Virus record (IMG/VR): IMGVR_UViG_3300020043_004109
Location: 1 to 25,115 of that record
Origin: a virus
Taxonomy: Duplodnaviria > Caudoviricetes
DNA: 25,115 nucleotides
Strand: one strand, 5' to 3'
Positions 1 to 8,226 of this stretch are shown here, piece after piece. A program made the position numbers and the translations under genes. The number at the start of each line of letters is the position of its first letter. Position 1 is the stretch's first letter. The notes under the pieces were generated by a model. The model was not told the origin of the DNA and did no database searches. It saw only the letters and a list, made by a program, of their open reading frames with translations.

Positions 1-2
1 TG

Positions 3-617
3 ACAAACGAACAAGCCGGGCAATTTATAAAATTGATATACGAGTATCAAAAAACAGGTAAAATTGAAGTAAGTGATTTTGCTATGCAAATGGCTATTAC
101 ACCTTTTTTAAACCAATTCGAGCGAGATAATGAAAAGTATGAAAATATAGTAGAACGTAACAGGGGCAACGGTTTTAAAGGTGGTAGACCTAAGAACCCA
201 AAAGAACCCAAAAAACCCAATGGGTTAATTACGAACCCACCGCCCACCAAAAAAGCCGATAGTGATAGTGATAGTGGTAATGATAGTGACAATGGTAGTG
301 GAAATGATAAGAAATATATTTATAAATCAAAACGAGAATTTTACGAAAAAGAGATTTCAGACAATTTAACCAAAGAACAAATCGAAGGTTATAAAAACAT
401 GGTTAAGTATATCTTTGGAGAAAACCCGATTAAAGTTCCTTTGGATAGAATACTAAAAGCAAAACACCAACTCAGGTATGAAAGTTTTGTAGAACTGATT
501 GAGATACAATCAAAGTCAACTAAAAAACTTCGTGATATTCTTTTATCAATTAACGGGTATGAAAAAACACAATACACAATCTTATTCTCAGCACTTAAAC
601 AATGGTTCAATGATTAA
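3..617 (+). CDS. Phage replication initiator-like protein (DUF6291-like N-terminus), 5' truncated by the window edge
   Basis: The frame is open from position 3 (TNEQAGQFIKLIYEY). It contains RNRGNGFKGGRPK followed by a K/P-rich and D-x repeat linker (DSDSDSGNDSDNGSGND) typical of this family, and lies directly upstream of and overlapping DnaB. Confidence 0.7.
   Translation, partial: TNEQAGQFIKLIYEYQKTGKIEVSDFAMQMAITPFLNQFERDNEKYENIVERNRGNGFKGGRPKNPKEPKKPNGLITNPPPTKKADSDSDSGNDSDNGSGNDKKYIYKSKREFYEKEISDNLTKEQIEGYKNMVKYIFGENPIKVPLDRILKAKHQLRYESFVELIEIQSKSTKKLRDILLSINGYEKTQYTILFSALKQWFND
192..239. repeat. Iteron-like AACCCA repeats inside the initiator gene (candidate origin)
   Basis: AAGAACCCA at 192 and 202, AAAAACCCA at 211, inverted TGGGTT at 221 and ACGAACCCA at 231. 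Confidence 0.45.
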
Positions 618-1953
618 CTACGGTAAAATACCTCCACAGGCTATCGACTTAGAGAAAACCGTATTATCTGCTTTACTTTCAGATAGTCAGGCAATAATAG
701 AAATTTCAGACATTTTAACCCCTGAGATGTTTTACAAGGACGAACATAAGAATATTTTTGAAGCAATACAGACAATGTTTAACGCGGGGAAATCTATTGA
801 CTTACTTACCGTTACTGACAAATTACAGGAAAACGGCAAGCTAGAGGAGTCTGGCGGGTTTTATACGCTTAATAAACTTTTAGGCATGGTTGCTAACTCA
901 TCGCACATTGTTGACCATTCGCTTATTATCCGTCAGAAATTCATCAGGCGCGAAATGATTAACCTTTCAATGCAAACGGCTCAAAACGCTTATGATGAAA
1001 CTTTTGAAGATTTAGAGGTTTTAGCAATGCATGAGCGCGACTTGGAAAAAGTATCTAACGCCTCTGTTATTACTTCTGAAAAATCACTAAGTCAGATTAT
1101 GCGACAAATGCGTAATAAAGAGAAGAAATCAGGAATACCCGTTAAAAACGCATTACGTGACATTGTAGCGAACTTATCCGCTCCTGACCTGATAATACTA
1201 GCGGCGCGTCCTGCAATGGGGAAAACCGCCTTTGCGATGCAAATAGCTATGGAATGCGCAGAGTATGACGTTCCTGTTATGGTTTTTTCTTTAGAAATGT
1301 CAGAGAGCCAATTAGTAAACCGAATGAAAAACAGGTTAACAGGTATTCCTGTTAAAAGATTAGAAGCTGATAATATTTACAGAGAGGAAGCTGAAAACCT
1401 TTTAAATGCTGAGGTAAAATTAGATACTTTGCCTATCTTTATAGACGACACCGCAGGATTATCGTTAACAGATTTTAAGAGTAAGGCTGCAAGGTGCAAA
1501 AGAAAAAACAAAATAGGGCTTATTGTAGTGGATTATATCCAACTAATGAGCAACAAAAGCAAAAACGGGAATAGAGAGCAGGAAATATCCGAAATATCAA
1601 GGGGTTTGAAAATCGTAGCTAAAAATTTAGGCGTTCCGGTTATTGCTTTATCTCAGTTAAGCAGAAAATGCGAGGAACGAGGCGATAAAAAACCAATGCT
1701 AAGCGACTTAAGAGAAAGCGGCGCAATCGAACAGGACGCGGATATTGTTACTTTTTTATACCGTCCTGAGTATTACGGGATTGAAACTATTGAAACTAAT
1801 GAAGGGACTTGCTCAAGTGCAGGGATAGCCGAGATTATCGTAGCAAAATACAGACAAGGCTCAACAGGTTCATGTTTCTCAATTTTCGAGGGTGACAAAA
1901 TGAACTTTAAAGATTTATTAACTTTTACAAAACCTAAAATAGATGCTTTCTAA
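610..1953 (+). CDS. dnaB: Replicative DNA helicase, DnaB family
   Basis: ATG 610 gives MINYGKIPPQAIDLE. Motifs: Walker A AARPAMGKT, FSLEMS, IVVDYIQLM, LSQLSR, SDLRESGAIEQDAD and IIVAKYRQG. Confidence 0.97.
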   Translation: MINYGKIPPQAIDLEKTVLSALLSDSQAIIEISDILTPEMFYKDEHKNIFEAIQTMFNAGKSIDLLTVTDKLQENGKLEESGGFYTLNKLLGMVANSSHIVDHSLIIRQKFIRREMINLSMQTAQNAYDETFEDLEVLAMHERDLEKVSNASVITSEKSLSQIMRQMRNKEKKSGIPVKNALRDIVANLSAPDLIILAARPAMGKTAFAMQIAMECAEYDVPVMVFSLEMSESQLVNRMKNRLTGIPVKRLEADNIYREEAENLLNAEVKLDTLPIFIDDTAGLSLTDFKSKAARCKRKNKIGLIVVDYIQLMSNKSKNGNREQEISEISRGLKIVAKNLGVPVIALSQLSRKCEERGDKKPMLSDLRESGAIEQDADIVTFLYRPEYYGIETIETNEGTCSSAGIAEIIVAKYRQGSTGSCFSIFEGDKMNFKDLLTFTKPKIDAF

Positions 1954-2095
1954 TATTCAACAACAACTAATTATTTATTTCGAGCAACTTCGTGATAAAT
2001 GCAAACAACCGGAAAATAAAGAGGCTATCCAAAAAGAAATTGACCGGCTGAAAGGGTTAGGCATTAAATACGGAAAAGACTATATTATACCATGA
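1943..2095 (+). CDS. Small hypothetical protein (50 aa)
   Basis: MLSNIQQQLIIYFEQLRDK...GKDYIIP. It fills the dnaB-nuclease gap, overlaps the dnaB stop and ends in an ATGA overlap with 2092. Confidence 0.65.
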   Translation: MLSNIQQQLIIYFEQLRDKCKQPENKEAIQKEIDRLKGLGIKYGKDYIIP

Positions 2096-2376
2096 GAGCC
2101 GCCCGAACCGACCGCAACCAAACCGAAATAGTAAACGCCCTGCGTAAATTAGGCTGCTCCGTAGCTGTGACCTCTGCAATGGGTAAAGGCTTTCCTGACT
2201 TAGTAGTAGGTTGGAGAGGGCGTAATTTCCTGCTCGAAATAAAGGACGGCGAAGCGATACCAAGCAAAAGGAAGTTGACACCTGACGAGCAAAAGTTCCA
2301 CGATTTTTGGTTGGGTGAAGTGAAAGTAGTTGAGAGTGTCGAGGATGCTTATCGGGCGGTTGGCGCCGCGAAGTAG
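2092..2376 (+). CDS. VRR-NUC / PD-(D/E)XK nuclease (Holliday-junction resolvase-like)
   Basis: DRNQTEIVNALRKLG, GKGFPDLVVG, LLEIKDG and KLTPDEQKFH motifs. Confidence 0.85.
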   Translation: MRAARTDRNQTEIVNALRKLGCSVAVTSAMGKGFPDLVVGWRGRNFLLEIKDGEAIPSKRKLTPDEQKFHDFWLGEVKVVESVEDAYRAVGAAK

Positions 2377-2393
2377 TAAAACCTTACAAACTC

Positions 2394-2424
2394 TTGCAGA
2401 AGCGAAAAGCGCGGGGTAAATTTG
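2394..2424 (+). promoter_or_regulatory. Bacteroidota sigma70-type promoter (-33 TTG, -7 TAnnTTTG)
   Basis: TTG at 2394-2396, a 20-nt spacer and TAAATTTG at 2417-2424, in intergenic DNA. Confidence 0.7.
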
Positions 2425-2427
2425 GGA

Positions 2428-2600
2428 GTTCTTAAAAATATGGGTTATCAACGATAGGTTGAGATAAAGTGCAGCTAATTACTTGAAAGCTATGGATAAG
2501 CAACAAAAAAGTCATTACACAATATTTGGGTTAGGTTGCAAAGGTTGCCCCAAGTGTGCCGGATGCTGAGTAGTCACAGAAAATTAGCACCCATATTTTT
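2428..2600 (+). ncRNA. Candidate structured RNA / antitermination leader
   Basis: boxA-like GTTCTTAAAA at 2428. A 12-bp closing inverted repeat (AAAAATATGGGT 2434-2445 / ACCCATATTTTT 2589-2600) encloses several internal hairpins. No plausible ORF is present. Confidence 0.5.
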
Positions 2601-2604
2601 TACA

Positions 2605-2625
2605 GCCGGGAAGACGGCATTTTTT
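2605..2625 (+). terminator. Short hairpin plus T tract (intrinsic terminator or boxB-like hairpin)
   Basis: GCCG-GGAAGA-CGGC followed by ATTTTTT. Confidence 0.5.
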
Positions 2626-2643
2626 AAAACTTAAACTTATAAA

Positions 2644-3072
2644 ATGAAACTAACCGACTTAAAAAGCCCATACCGTGAATTAGCGGAGATGAGGCATGAA
2701 CAGAAACCATTTGAAGAAATGGAACGTAACTTTTTGGAAACAAACTACTTATACTTAGCTTTTGTTTATGATTACACTAAAGAAGGATATGATTTTTGGG
2801 ATGATGTTGACAGTGGTAAGCGTCCACCTATCCCTCAATCCTTGCTTGACGAACTAAGTGAATGGCAGAAAAAAGAACCGAAAAAAGAACCCGACTACGA
2901 ACTGACAGCTTTAATCGAATCACCCGACCACAGACTATTTACTGCGGCTGTGGCTGCGATGCAGGGGATATTGATTAGCGATGTGTTCCATGTTTCTAAA
3001 ATTGAAAACATAGCCAAAGTATCAGTAGAACAAGCCCAAGCATTACTAACCGAACTAAACAAAGTGAAATGA
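2644..3072 (+). CDS. Hypothetical phage protein with C-terminal AxxAMQG helical domain
   Basis: A-rich start context. C-terminal AAVAAMQGIL...AKVSVEQAQALLTEL resembles a widespread small phage domain of unknown function. Confidence 0.75.
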   Translation: MKLTDLKSPYRELAEMRHEQKPFEEMERNFLETNYLYLAFVYDYTKEGYDFWDDVDSGKRPPIPQSLLDELSEWQKKEPKKEPDYELTALIESPDHRLFTAAVAAMQGILISDVFHVSKIENIAKVSVEQAQALLTELNKVK

Positions 3073-3359
3073 CACGTAAAAAAATAATTGCGACAATCGC
3101 TAAAAACAAAGAAAAAATCGCTCAATTAGAAGCTGACAATTTATTTCTTTTAAGAGAAAGTTATATGCTTAATGACGATGTTACGCAATACATCGAGGAG
3201 GAAAGGGATGTTGTAATAAGCAAACGCCCAAAGATTGTTGAAAAGCAATTGTTAGGGTTTGTAACATGGGAGGAAGATTTTATAGATGAAGATACCAACG
3301 AAGTTGTAACAATTCGGCGACATAAGTTGGTGAAAAGAAACGGAGAATGGGTAGTTTAA
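3069..3359 (+). CDS. Hypothetical protein with RpoB-like EDFIDEDT motif
   Basis: ATGA-coupled to the upstream gene. N-terminal coiled coil, C-terminal TWEEDFIDEDTNEVVTIRR. Confidence 0.75.
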   Translation: MTRKKIIATIAKNKEKIAQLEADNLFLLRESYMLNDDVTQYIEEERDVVISKRPKIVEKQLLGFVTWEEDFIDEDTNEVVTIRRHKLVKRNGEWVV

Positions 3360-3376
3360 CAGCTAAACAAAATTTT

Positions 3377-3610
3377 ATGACAGCAGAAGAAATTTTAAAC
3401 GACAAATTTTACAAGCCTGATGCTAAAGATTGGTATAAACCAGTTTTGCAATGCATGGAACTATACGCCGAAGCAAAGGCTAAAGAGTTTGCAGAGTGGT
3501 TGCATGAAAACTGGAACGCAAAACATGGTGGTTGGAGTGCTAAGACGGGAGATATTAATACTATTTATTCGGCAAAAGTTCTTTACGAAACCTTCAACCA
3601 ATCAAAATGA
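3377..3610 (+). CDS. Small hypothetical phage protein
   Basis: ATG 3377 (MTAEEILND) has an A-rich upstream context; ATGA overlap with the next gene. The ORF track extends it to 3347. Confidence 0.7.
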   Translation: MTAEEILNDKFYKPDAKDWYKPVLQCMELYAEAKAKEFAEWLHENWNAKHGGWSAKTGDINTIYSAKVLYETFNQSK

Positions 3611-3900
3611 CTGCACAAGAATTAGACAATTTAACAAAACGGTTTGCCTTAGAGGTAGCCGAATTTGAAAGGGAAAAAGATTATATCAACGGCGGTTTCG
3701 TAGTTGGTTTATTCAGAAAATACCTTATTGAAGCCGAAAAAGACGCTTGGAACGCTGCTATTGATGCGGCGGCGGAAGTGGCGAGACTTGAAGTAACTGA
3801 AATAGCAACAGGCGAAAAGGTTATAACTATTGATGCTTCTGTAAATGGCATAACATCTGTTTTAGTTTCCAAACAATCAATACTCAACCTTAAAAAATGA
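3607..3900 (+). CDS. Small hypothetical phage protein
   Basis: ATGA overlaps at both ends; AWNAAIDAAAE...VSKQSILNLK. Confidence 0.75.
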   Translation: MTAQELDNLTKRFALEVAEFEREKDYINGGFVVGLFRKYLIEAEKDAWNAAIDAAAEVARLEVTEIATGEKVITIDASVNGITSVLVSKQSILNLKK

Positions 3901-4088
3901 CCCCAAAGCAAAAAGAAGTTATGATTTTGATTAACAAAAAAGTCCGAGAGGACAAAGAGGTTAATCCAAATCCCGAATTGGAGAACATACATCTGTCAAG
4001 GAACCATATTAATGAGTTGCTGAGTTACATTTCATCAATACAGCAAGAAATTGCGGTTAAGATGGTTCAACAAAAATTAGAAATTTAA
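3897..4088 (+). CDS. Small hypothetical protein
   Basis: ATGA-coupled, 63 aa, helical composition. Confidence 0.65.
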   Translation: MTPKQKEVMILINKKVREDKEVNPNPELENIHLSRNHINELLSYISSIQQEIAVKMVQQKLEI

Positions 4089-4115
4089 AATAACCCCACA
4101 GGAGGGGGAAAGAAA

Positions 4116-4337
4116 ATGAGCAGTAAAAAAGATTTGGTAGAACATAGCCCATTTGAAAAAGGCAGTCAGTTTGATATATTACACTCGGCAATAACTAATT
4201 GTGCTATTGAGGGGACAGGTAATAACGAACCGTATGTTATTTACGAATGGCTTGAAAAAACACCTAAAACTTCATTAGTGGTTCACATAGTTGAAAAGCT
4301 GAATGAAATGGGGTATAAAATCGTAACCAATGACTAA
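4116..4337 (+). CDS. Small hypothetical protein
   Basis: 73-aa ORF within the co-oriented run. Confidence 0.65.
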   Translation: MSSKKDLVEHSPFEKGSQFDILHSAITNCAIEGTGNNEPYVIYEWLEKTPKTSLVVHIVEKLNEMGYKIVTND

Positions 4338-4461
4338 ACTCGCCCTAATCATCTCAGAAAACCGGACTATCGAAGTCAGGCAGCACTCAGTATCAAAATT
4401 GATTTGGGAGGATGTCGTGACCGGAGAATGGTATTATTTTAATCATTTGAAATTTTTATGA
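4330..4461 (+). CDS. Small hypothetical protein (43 aa)
   Basis: MTKLALIISENRTIEVRQHSVSKLIWEDVVTGEWYYFNHLKFL. It overlaps the upstream stop and ends in an ATGA overlap with 4458. Confidence 0.55.
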   Translation: MTKLALIISENRTIEVRQHSVSKLIWEDVVTGEWYYFNHLKFL

Positions 4462-4700
4462 ATATGACAAACGAGGAAAAAGCAATAGCATTAATAAACT
4501 TTGCAGCTTCTTTAGAGGGTGAAGGGTTTACATATTCAATAGTTTGCGGACACGTAGACGAAAAAATTAACCTATCTTTTGGACTATACGGATATACCGA
4601 AGATGCAATAGCTTTGCTAAGATATGCCATGTCAGAAGATGAAAATTTTAATGATATAGTATTGGCGGCAGTTCCATTAACTCCAATTTGCGAAAACTAA
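4458..4700 (+). CDS. Small acidic hypothetical protein
   Basis: 80-aa ORF, last of the accessory run. Confidence 0.65.
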   Translation: MNMTNEEKAIALINFAASLEGEGFTYSIVCGHVDEKINLSFGLYGYTEDAIALLRYAMSEDENFNDIVLAAVPLTPICEN

Positions 4701-4760
4701 TTTGGTAATCTCGCAGTAAGTAAGTAGCTTTGTTTATAATAGTAGACAATAATGGGTAAG

Positions 4761-4768
4761 TATATTTG
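4761..4768 (+). promoter_or_regulatory. -7 promoter element upstream of terminase small subunit
   Basis: TATATTTG 6 nt before ATG 4775. Confidence 0.55.
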
Positions 4769-4774
4769 ACAAAT

Positions 4775-5146
4775 ATGGACAAAAGTTTACCAAAAAAGGC
4801 ATTTATAGAAGCGTATAAAAAAACCTTCGGAAACATAAGCAACGCTTGTGAAACTATTGGCATATCAAGACAGACCTTTTATAACTGGCAAGAAGAAGAT
4901 GCTGAGTTCAAGGCTGAAATAGAAGCTATCGAGCCTAACGAGTTACTTATGGACTTGGTTGAATCAAAGCTTGTTGAGAAAATAAAAGAGGGCGATACGA
5001 CTGTTTTAATTTTTGTTTCCAAAACTAAAGGTAAGAAAAGAGGGTATGTTGAGAAAAAAGAATTAGATGTTTCTGGCGGACTTGGTATAACATGGAACGA
5101 GCAAAAGACCTATGATTCTAACGAAGAAGCAGACAAAGGCGATTGA
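4775..5146 (+). CDS. terS: Terminase small subunit (HTH)
   Basis: KKAFIEAY..GNISNACETIGISRQTFYNWQEEDAEF HTH and IFVSKTKGKKRGYVEK; overlaps terL. Confidence 0.85.
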   Translation: MDKSLPKKAFIEAYKKTFGNISNACETIGISRQTFYNWQEEDAEFKAEIEAIEPNELLMDLVESKLVEKIKEGDTTVLIFVSKTKGKKRGYVEKKELDVSGGLGITWNEQKTYDSNEEADKGD

Positions 5147-6464
5147 CATTTTAGATGACGACGAAACTACTGAACTTTTATTCGGTGGCGGTGCCGGTGG
5201 TGGAAAGACTGCTTTAGGCTGCTACTGGCAAATAAAAAGGCGGTTAAAATATCCAGAAACAAGAGGCTTAATCGGGCGTTCATCACTTAAAACTTTACGA
5301 GATACTACATTGCAGACATTCTTTGAGATAGCAAAAAACCAAAATTTAAAAAGGGGGTTACATTTCGACCTCACATCAGCACAAGATAAAGAACGTCCTA
5401 ACTGTATCGTTTTTTTTAATGGTTCCTTTATTTACTTAAGGGATTTATTTTTATACCCGTCAGACCCGGAGTTCGATGATTTAGGTTCGTTAGAAATTAC
5501 CGATGCTTTTATTGATGAAATAAGCCAAGTCAGCCAAAAGGCAAAAGATACTGTAAAAACAAGGATTCGTTATAAGCTAAGTGATTATAATTTAATACCG
5601 AAGTCTTTATATGCAACAAACCCAGCTAAAAATTGGGGTTACTCTGAATTTTACTTACCGGATAAAAAAAATACAATACCAATTGAGAAAAAGTTTATTC
5701 AATCTTTGGCTATTGACAACCCACACATATCAAAAGAATACATAAAATCACTAAGGGCTTTACCTGCCGGCGCGCAAAAAGAACGTTTATTGTATGGTAA
5801 CTGGGAATATTCTAACGACCCGTTAACCATGAACGAATACGAGAAAATCTTAGAACTTTATACCAACAACTTTGTCCCCAATACAGGGGTTATGTATATG
5901 ACTTGTGACATAGCCTATGAGGGTTCAGACATCTTTGTTATCATGGTTTGGGACGGATTACAAGTGATTAAAGTCATAACAAATGATAAGATAAGCGAGG
6001 TGGCGGTTCCTAACTGGATAAACGAACACCGGTTAAAATACAAAGTCCCTTTGGGTAACGTGATATACGACGCCGACGGGGTAAAAAGATTTGTAAGGCA
6101 ATCGGCAAGCACCGGCACATTAAACGGGGCTAAAGAGTTTCACAATAACGGAAGCCCAATTGATTCTGCTTACTTCAACCTCAAGAGTGAGTGTTACTTT
6201 AAGGCTGCTGACTATGTAAACACGAATAAAATATTCATTAAAGACGAAAGTTTTAAAGACCAATTCATACAAGAGGCCGAACAAATAAGAAAAATTGAAC
6301 ACGCCGACGACGGCAAGTTAAGAGTAGAGAAAAAGTCCGACCTCAAAGAAAGGTTAAAGCGAAGCCCCGACTTTTGGGATGCATTCGCAATGAGGATGTT
6401 TTTTGAACTAAAACCTAAACCAAGACACTCTGCAGCCGGAACAAACTATAATCCCCAGAGGTGA
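5112..6464 (+). CDS. terL: Terminase large subunit
   Basis: LTKKQ adenine-binding motif, Walker A GGGAGGGKT, Walker B AFIDE, ATNP coupling motif, and RNase H-like nuclease motifs MTCDIAYEGSD and RSPDFWDA. Confidence 0.95.
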   Translation: MILTKKQTKAIDILDDDETTELLFGGGAGGGKTALGCYWQIKRRLKYPETRGLIGRSSLKTLRDTTLQTFFEIAKNQNLKRGLHFDLTSAQDKERPNCIVFFNGSFIYLRDLFLYPSDPEFDDLGSLEITDAFIDEISQVSQKAKDTVKTRIRYKLSDYNLIPKSLYATNPAKNWGYSEFYLPDKKNTIPIEKKFIQSLAIDNPHISKEYIKSLRALPAGAQKERLLYGNWEYSNDPLTMNEYEKILELYTNNFVPNTGVMYMTCDIAYEGSDIFVIMVWDGLQVIKVITNDKISEVAVPNWINEHRLKYKVPLGNVIYDADGVKRFVRQSASTGTLNGAKEFHNNGSPIDSAYFNLKSECYFKAADYVNTNKIFIKDESFKDQFIQEAEQIRKIEHADDGKLRVEKKSDLKERLKRSPDFWDAFAMRMFFELKPKPRHSAAGTNYNPQR

Positions 6465-6512
6465 TTGGGCAAAGTTTTTTTAGGCAATGTTTTTACAAAG
6501 ATTATTTATTTG

Positions 6513-6520
6513 TAAATTTG
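6513..6520 (+). promoter_or_regulatory. -7 promoter element upstream of tail module
   Basis: TAAATTTG 3 nt before ATG 6524. Confidence 0.5.
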
Positions 6521-6523
6521 TAA

Positions 6524-7165
6524 ATGCTTGTAAAAATCCAAAAAAAGAAGTATATCATTCCAACGTCTTGGGATAATGTGACTTGTTCGCAGTTTCAACA
6601 GTTACTACTCGCTAAGGATATTTTTGACAGAATACACGTATTAACAGGAATACCAAGAGAAATAGCTGAAAATTTAGCTTGGGATTCAATACAAATTATT
6701 TTAACCGCTATTGAGTTTTCAACAGATTTCACCGGATTAGACGGGGTTAACGTTTACCCTAAAGAGTTTGAAGGTTTTGATATTTCACAACAACCGGCAC
6801 ATACTATCTTATCCGTTCAAGGGGTGATTAAATCAGCAAGTAATAAATTTGAAGATGAGTTTTTAAAACACCTTTACTGTGGCGTTGATATATTAAACAT
6901 CTATGTCGAACAGGCAAAACACACAGACGAAACATTAAGCGATATAAACATTTACAACGAACCAATAACAAAGTGGTTTGGACTAATGGGTTTTTTTTTG
7001 AGCAAGTGGGTAAGTTTTTCGATAAGTTCAGCGATTTATCTAACTACGAACCAAGCGAATACGAAAAAGAAGCAGGTATTGAAAGGCTCTCGGCGTTTCC
7101 CCCTTATATCGGGATTGTTAAACCGCTTATGGAGAAATTCAAACAAAGTGCAGACTATTTCATGA
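6524..7165 (+). CDS. Putative tail assembly chaperone-like protein (0-frame product)
   Basis: IPTSWDNVTCSQFQQL N-terminus. Contains the slippery heptamer G GGT TTT at 6988-6994. The function is inferred from the frameshift arrangement. Confidence 0.55.
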   Translation: MLVKIQKKKYIIPTSWDNVTCSQFQQLLLAKDIFDRIHVLTGIPREIAENLAWDSIQIILTAIEFSTDFTGLDGVNVYPKEFEGFDISQQPAHTILSVQGVIKSASNKFEDEFLKHLYCGVDILNIYVEQAKHTDETLSDINIYNEPITKWFGLMGFFLSKWVSFSISSAIYLTTNQANTKKKQVLKGSRRFPLISGLLNRLWRNSNKVQTIS

Positions 7166-7275
7166 ACGAATGGAACGCCACCACGATGTATATGTTTTTG
7201 TTACATGATTACGTAGAGAATGACATACAAAAAAACATCCAACAGTTAGAAAAAGAAGATAACCTATTCCAATGA
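6988..7275 (+). CDS. -1 frame extension of the 6524 gene (fusion about 250 aa)
   Basis: The -1 frame is open across the T9 run (FFEQVGKFFDKF...YEKEAGIERL), has no good ATG of its own near the 5' end, and ends in an ATGA overlap with 7272. Confidence 0.7.
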   Translation, partial: GFFFEQVGKFFDKFSDLSNYEPSEYEKEAGIERLSAFPPYIGIVKPLMEKFKQSADYFMNEWNATTMYMFLLHDYVENDIQKNIQQLEKEDNLFQ

Positions 7276-7715
7276 ACTTTAAAGAATTAAGAATAATTAT
7301 TGAAACCTCCGCCGAAGCAATTGGGATGGACTACTATTTCGGAACTGAAGCCGATGGGTTTCTTAACCGGTTAACAGCCGGAGAATTAGTTGACGGTGGG
7401 CACTGTTTGCAACACGACACATCCGAAGGCATAAAAGTAACCGGTGGATGGGCGGCTATTCCAATTAGGTTATCGCTACTCAGGCAGACTTTAAGAAATG
7501 TAGGCTTAACAGATGAACAGGAGCAAGGAAACGAAACCCCGCGAGAGGATTTGAGATTAGCCATGTATAACAAATGGATTGACCTAATGGCAGAAATTGA
7601 CACAAACACCGATATTCAAGTTCAGGATGAGTGGACATACAAGTATATTAGCTATGGCGACAACGTAACCGAAGGTATAATGGTTGATTTTAATATAATG
7701 ATTTATGACTGCTGA
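7272..7715 (+). CDS. Putative tail completion/terminator-type virion protein
   Basis: Acidic 147-aa protein with a C-terminal beta strand (EGIMVDFNIMI). Called from size and position only. Confidence 0.45.
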   Translation: MNFKELRIIIETSAEAIGMDYYFGTEADGFLNRLTAGELVDGGHCLQHDTSEGIKVTGGWAAIPIRLSLLRQTLRNVGLTDEQEQGNETPREDLRLAMYNKWIDLMAEIDTNTDIQVQDEWTYKYISYGDNVTEGIMVDFNIMIYDC

Positions 7716-8226
7716 CGTTAAAATAGTTTTAGACAAATGGGCAAAGGAGAAAATACTCGACTTGAAAGAGTTTTATCTACATGCTTTGGTGTCTAATTAC
7801 AACACGTCACCGCTTAAGGCTACCGGTAAATTCGGCCAGTCATTAGCTTACTCAATAGATGACAAAGGGTTAATTATTTACACTACTGTAGGGTATTTAT
7901 CGGCACTAACAGAGGGGACGTCACCAAGCGAAGCAAGGGCTTTTTCATTTGACACTCTTTATAGAGATATTATCGATTGGGTAACAGCGAAGCCGGTAAA
8001 GTTAGAAGGCGGCATAAATAAGGAAACATTTGCTTACAGGGCAACTTCAAACATAATGAAATACGGCACAACTATTTATCAGCTTTACGGTAGAAAAAAC
8101 CAAGACACGGGATTAATAAGTAAAGTATTCAGTGAAGCAGAAATAAACGAATTATTCATAGAATTAGAAGACATGATTTACACCGGCATAGGTTCACAAT
8201 TAACAGCAACTTTGAATGGAAATTAA
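7705..8226 (+). CDS. Putative neck/tail-completion protein (HK97 gp10-like)
   Basis: ATGKFGQSLAY and IIDWVTAKP...FAYRATSNIMKYGT patterns resemble phage virion morphogenesis proteins. Confidence 0.55.
   Translation: MTADVKIVLDKWAKEKILDLKEFYLHALVSNYNTSPLKATGKFGQSLAYSIDDKGLIIYTTVGYLSALTEGTSPSEARAFSFDTLYRDIIDWVTAKPVKLEGGINKETFAYRATSNIMKYGTTIYQLYGRKNQDTGLISKVFSEAEINELFIELEDMIYTGIGSQLTATLNGN

Noticed and set aside
499-609. N-terminal extension of DnaB from TTG 499
   Set aside because: It overlaps the initiator gene; the DnaB-like sequence begins at ATG 610.
2428-2625. tRNA, hammerhead ribozyme or retron msr-msd
   Set aside because: There is no cloverleaf or TTC loop, CTGAGTA does not match the CUGAnGA core, and no RT gene is nearby despite the a1/a2-like closing repeat.
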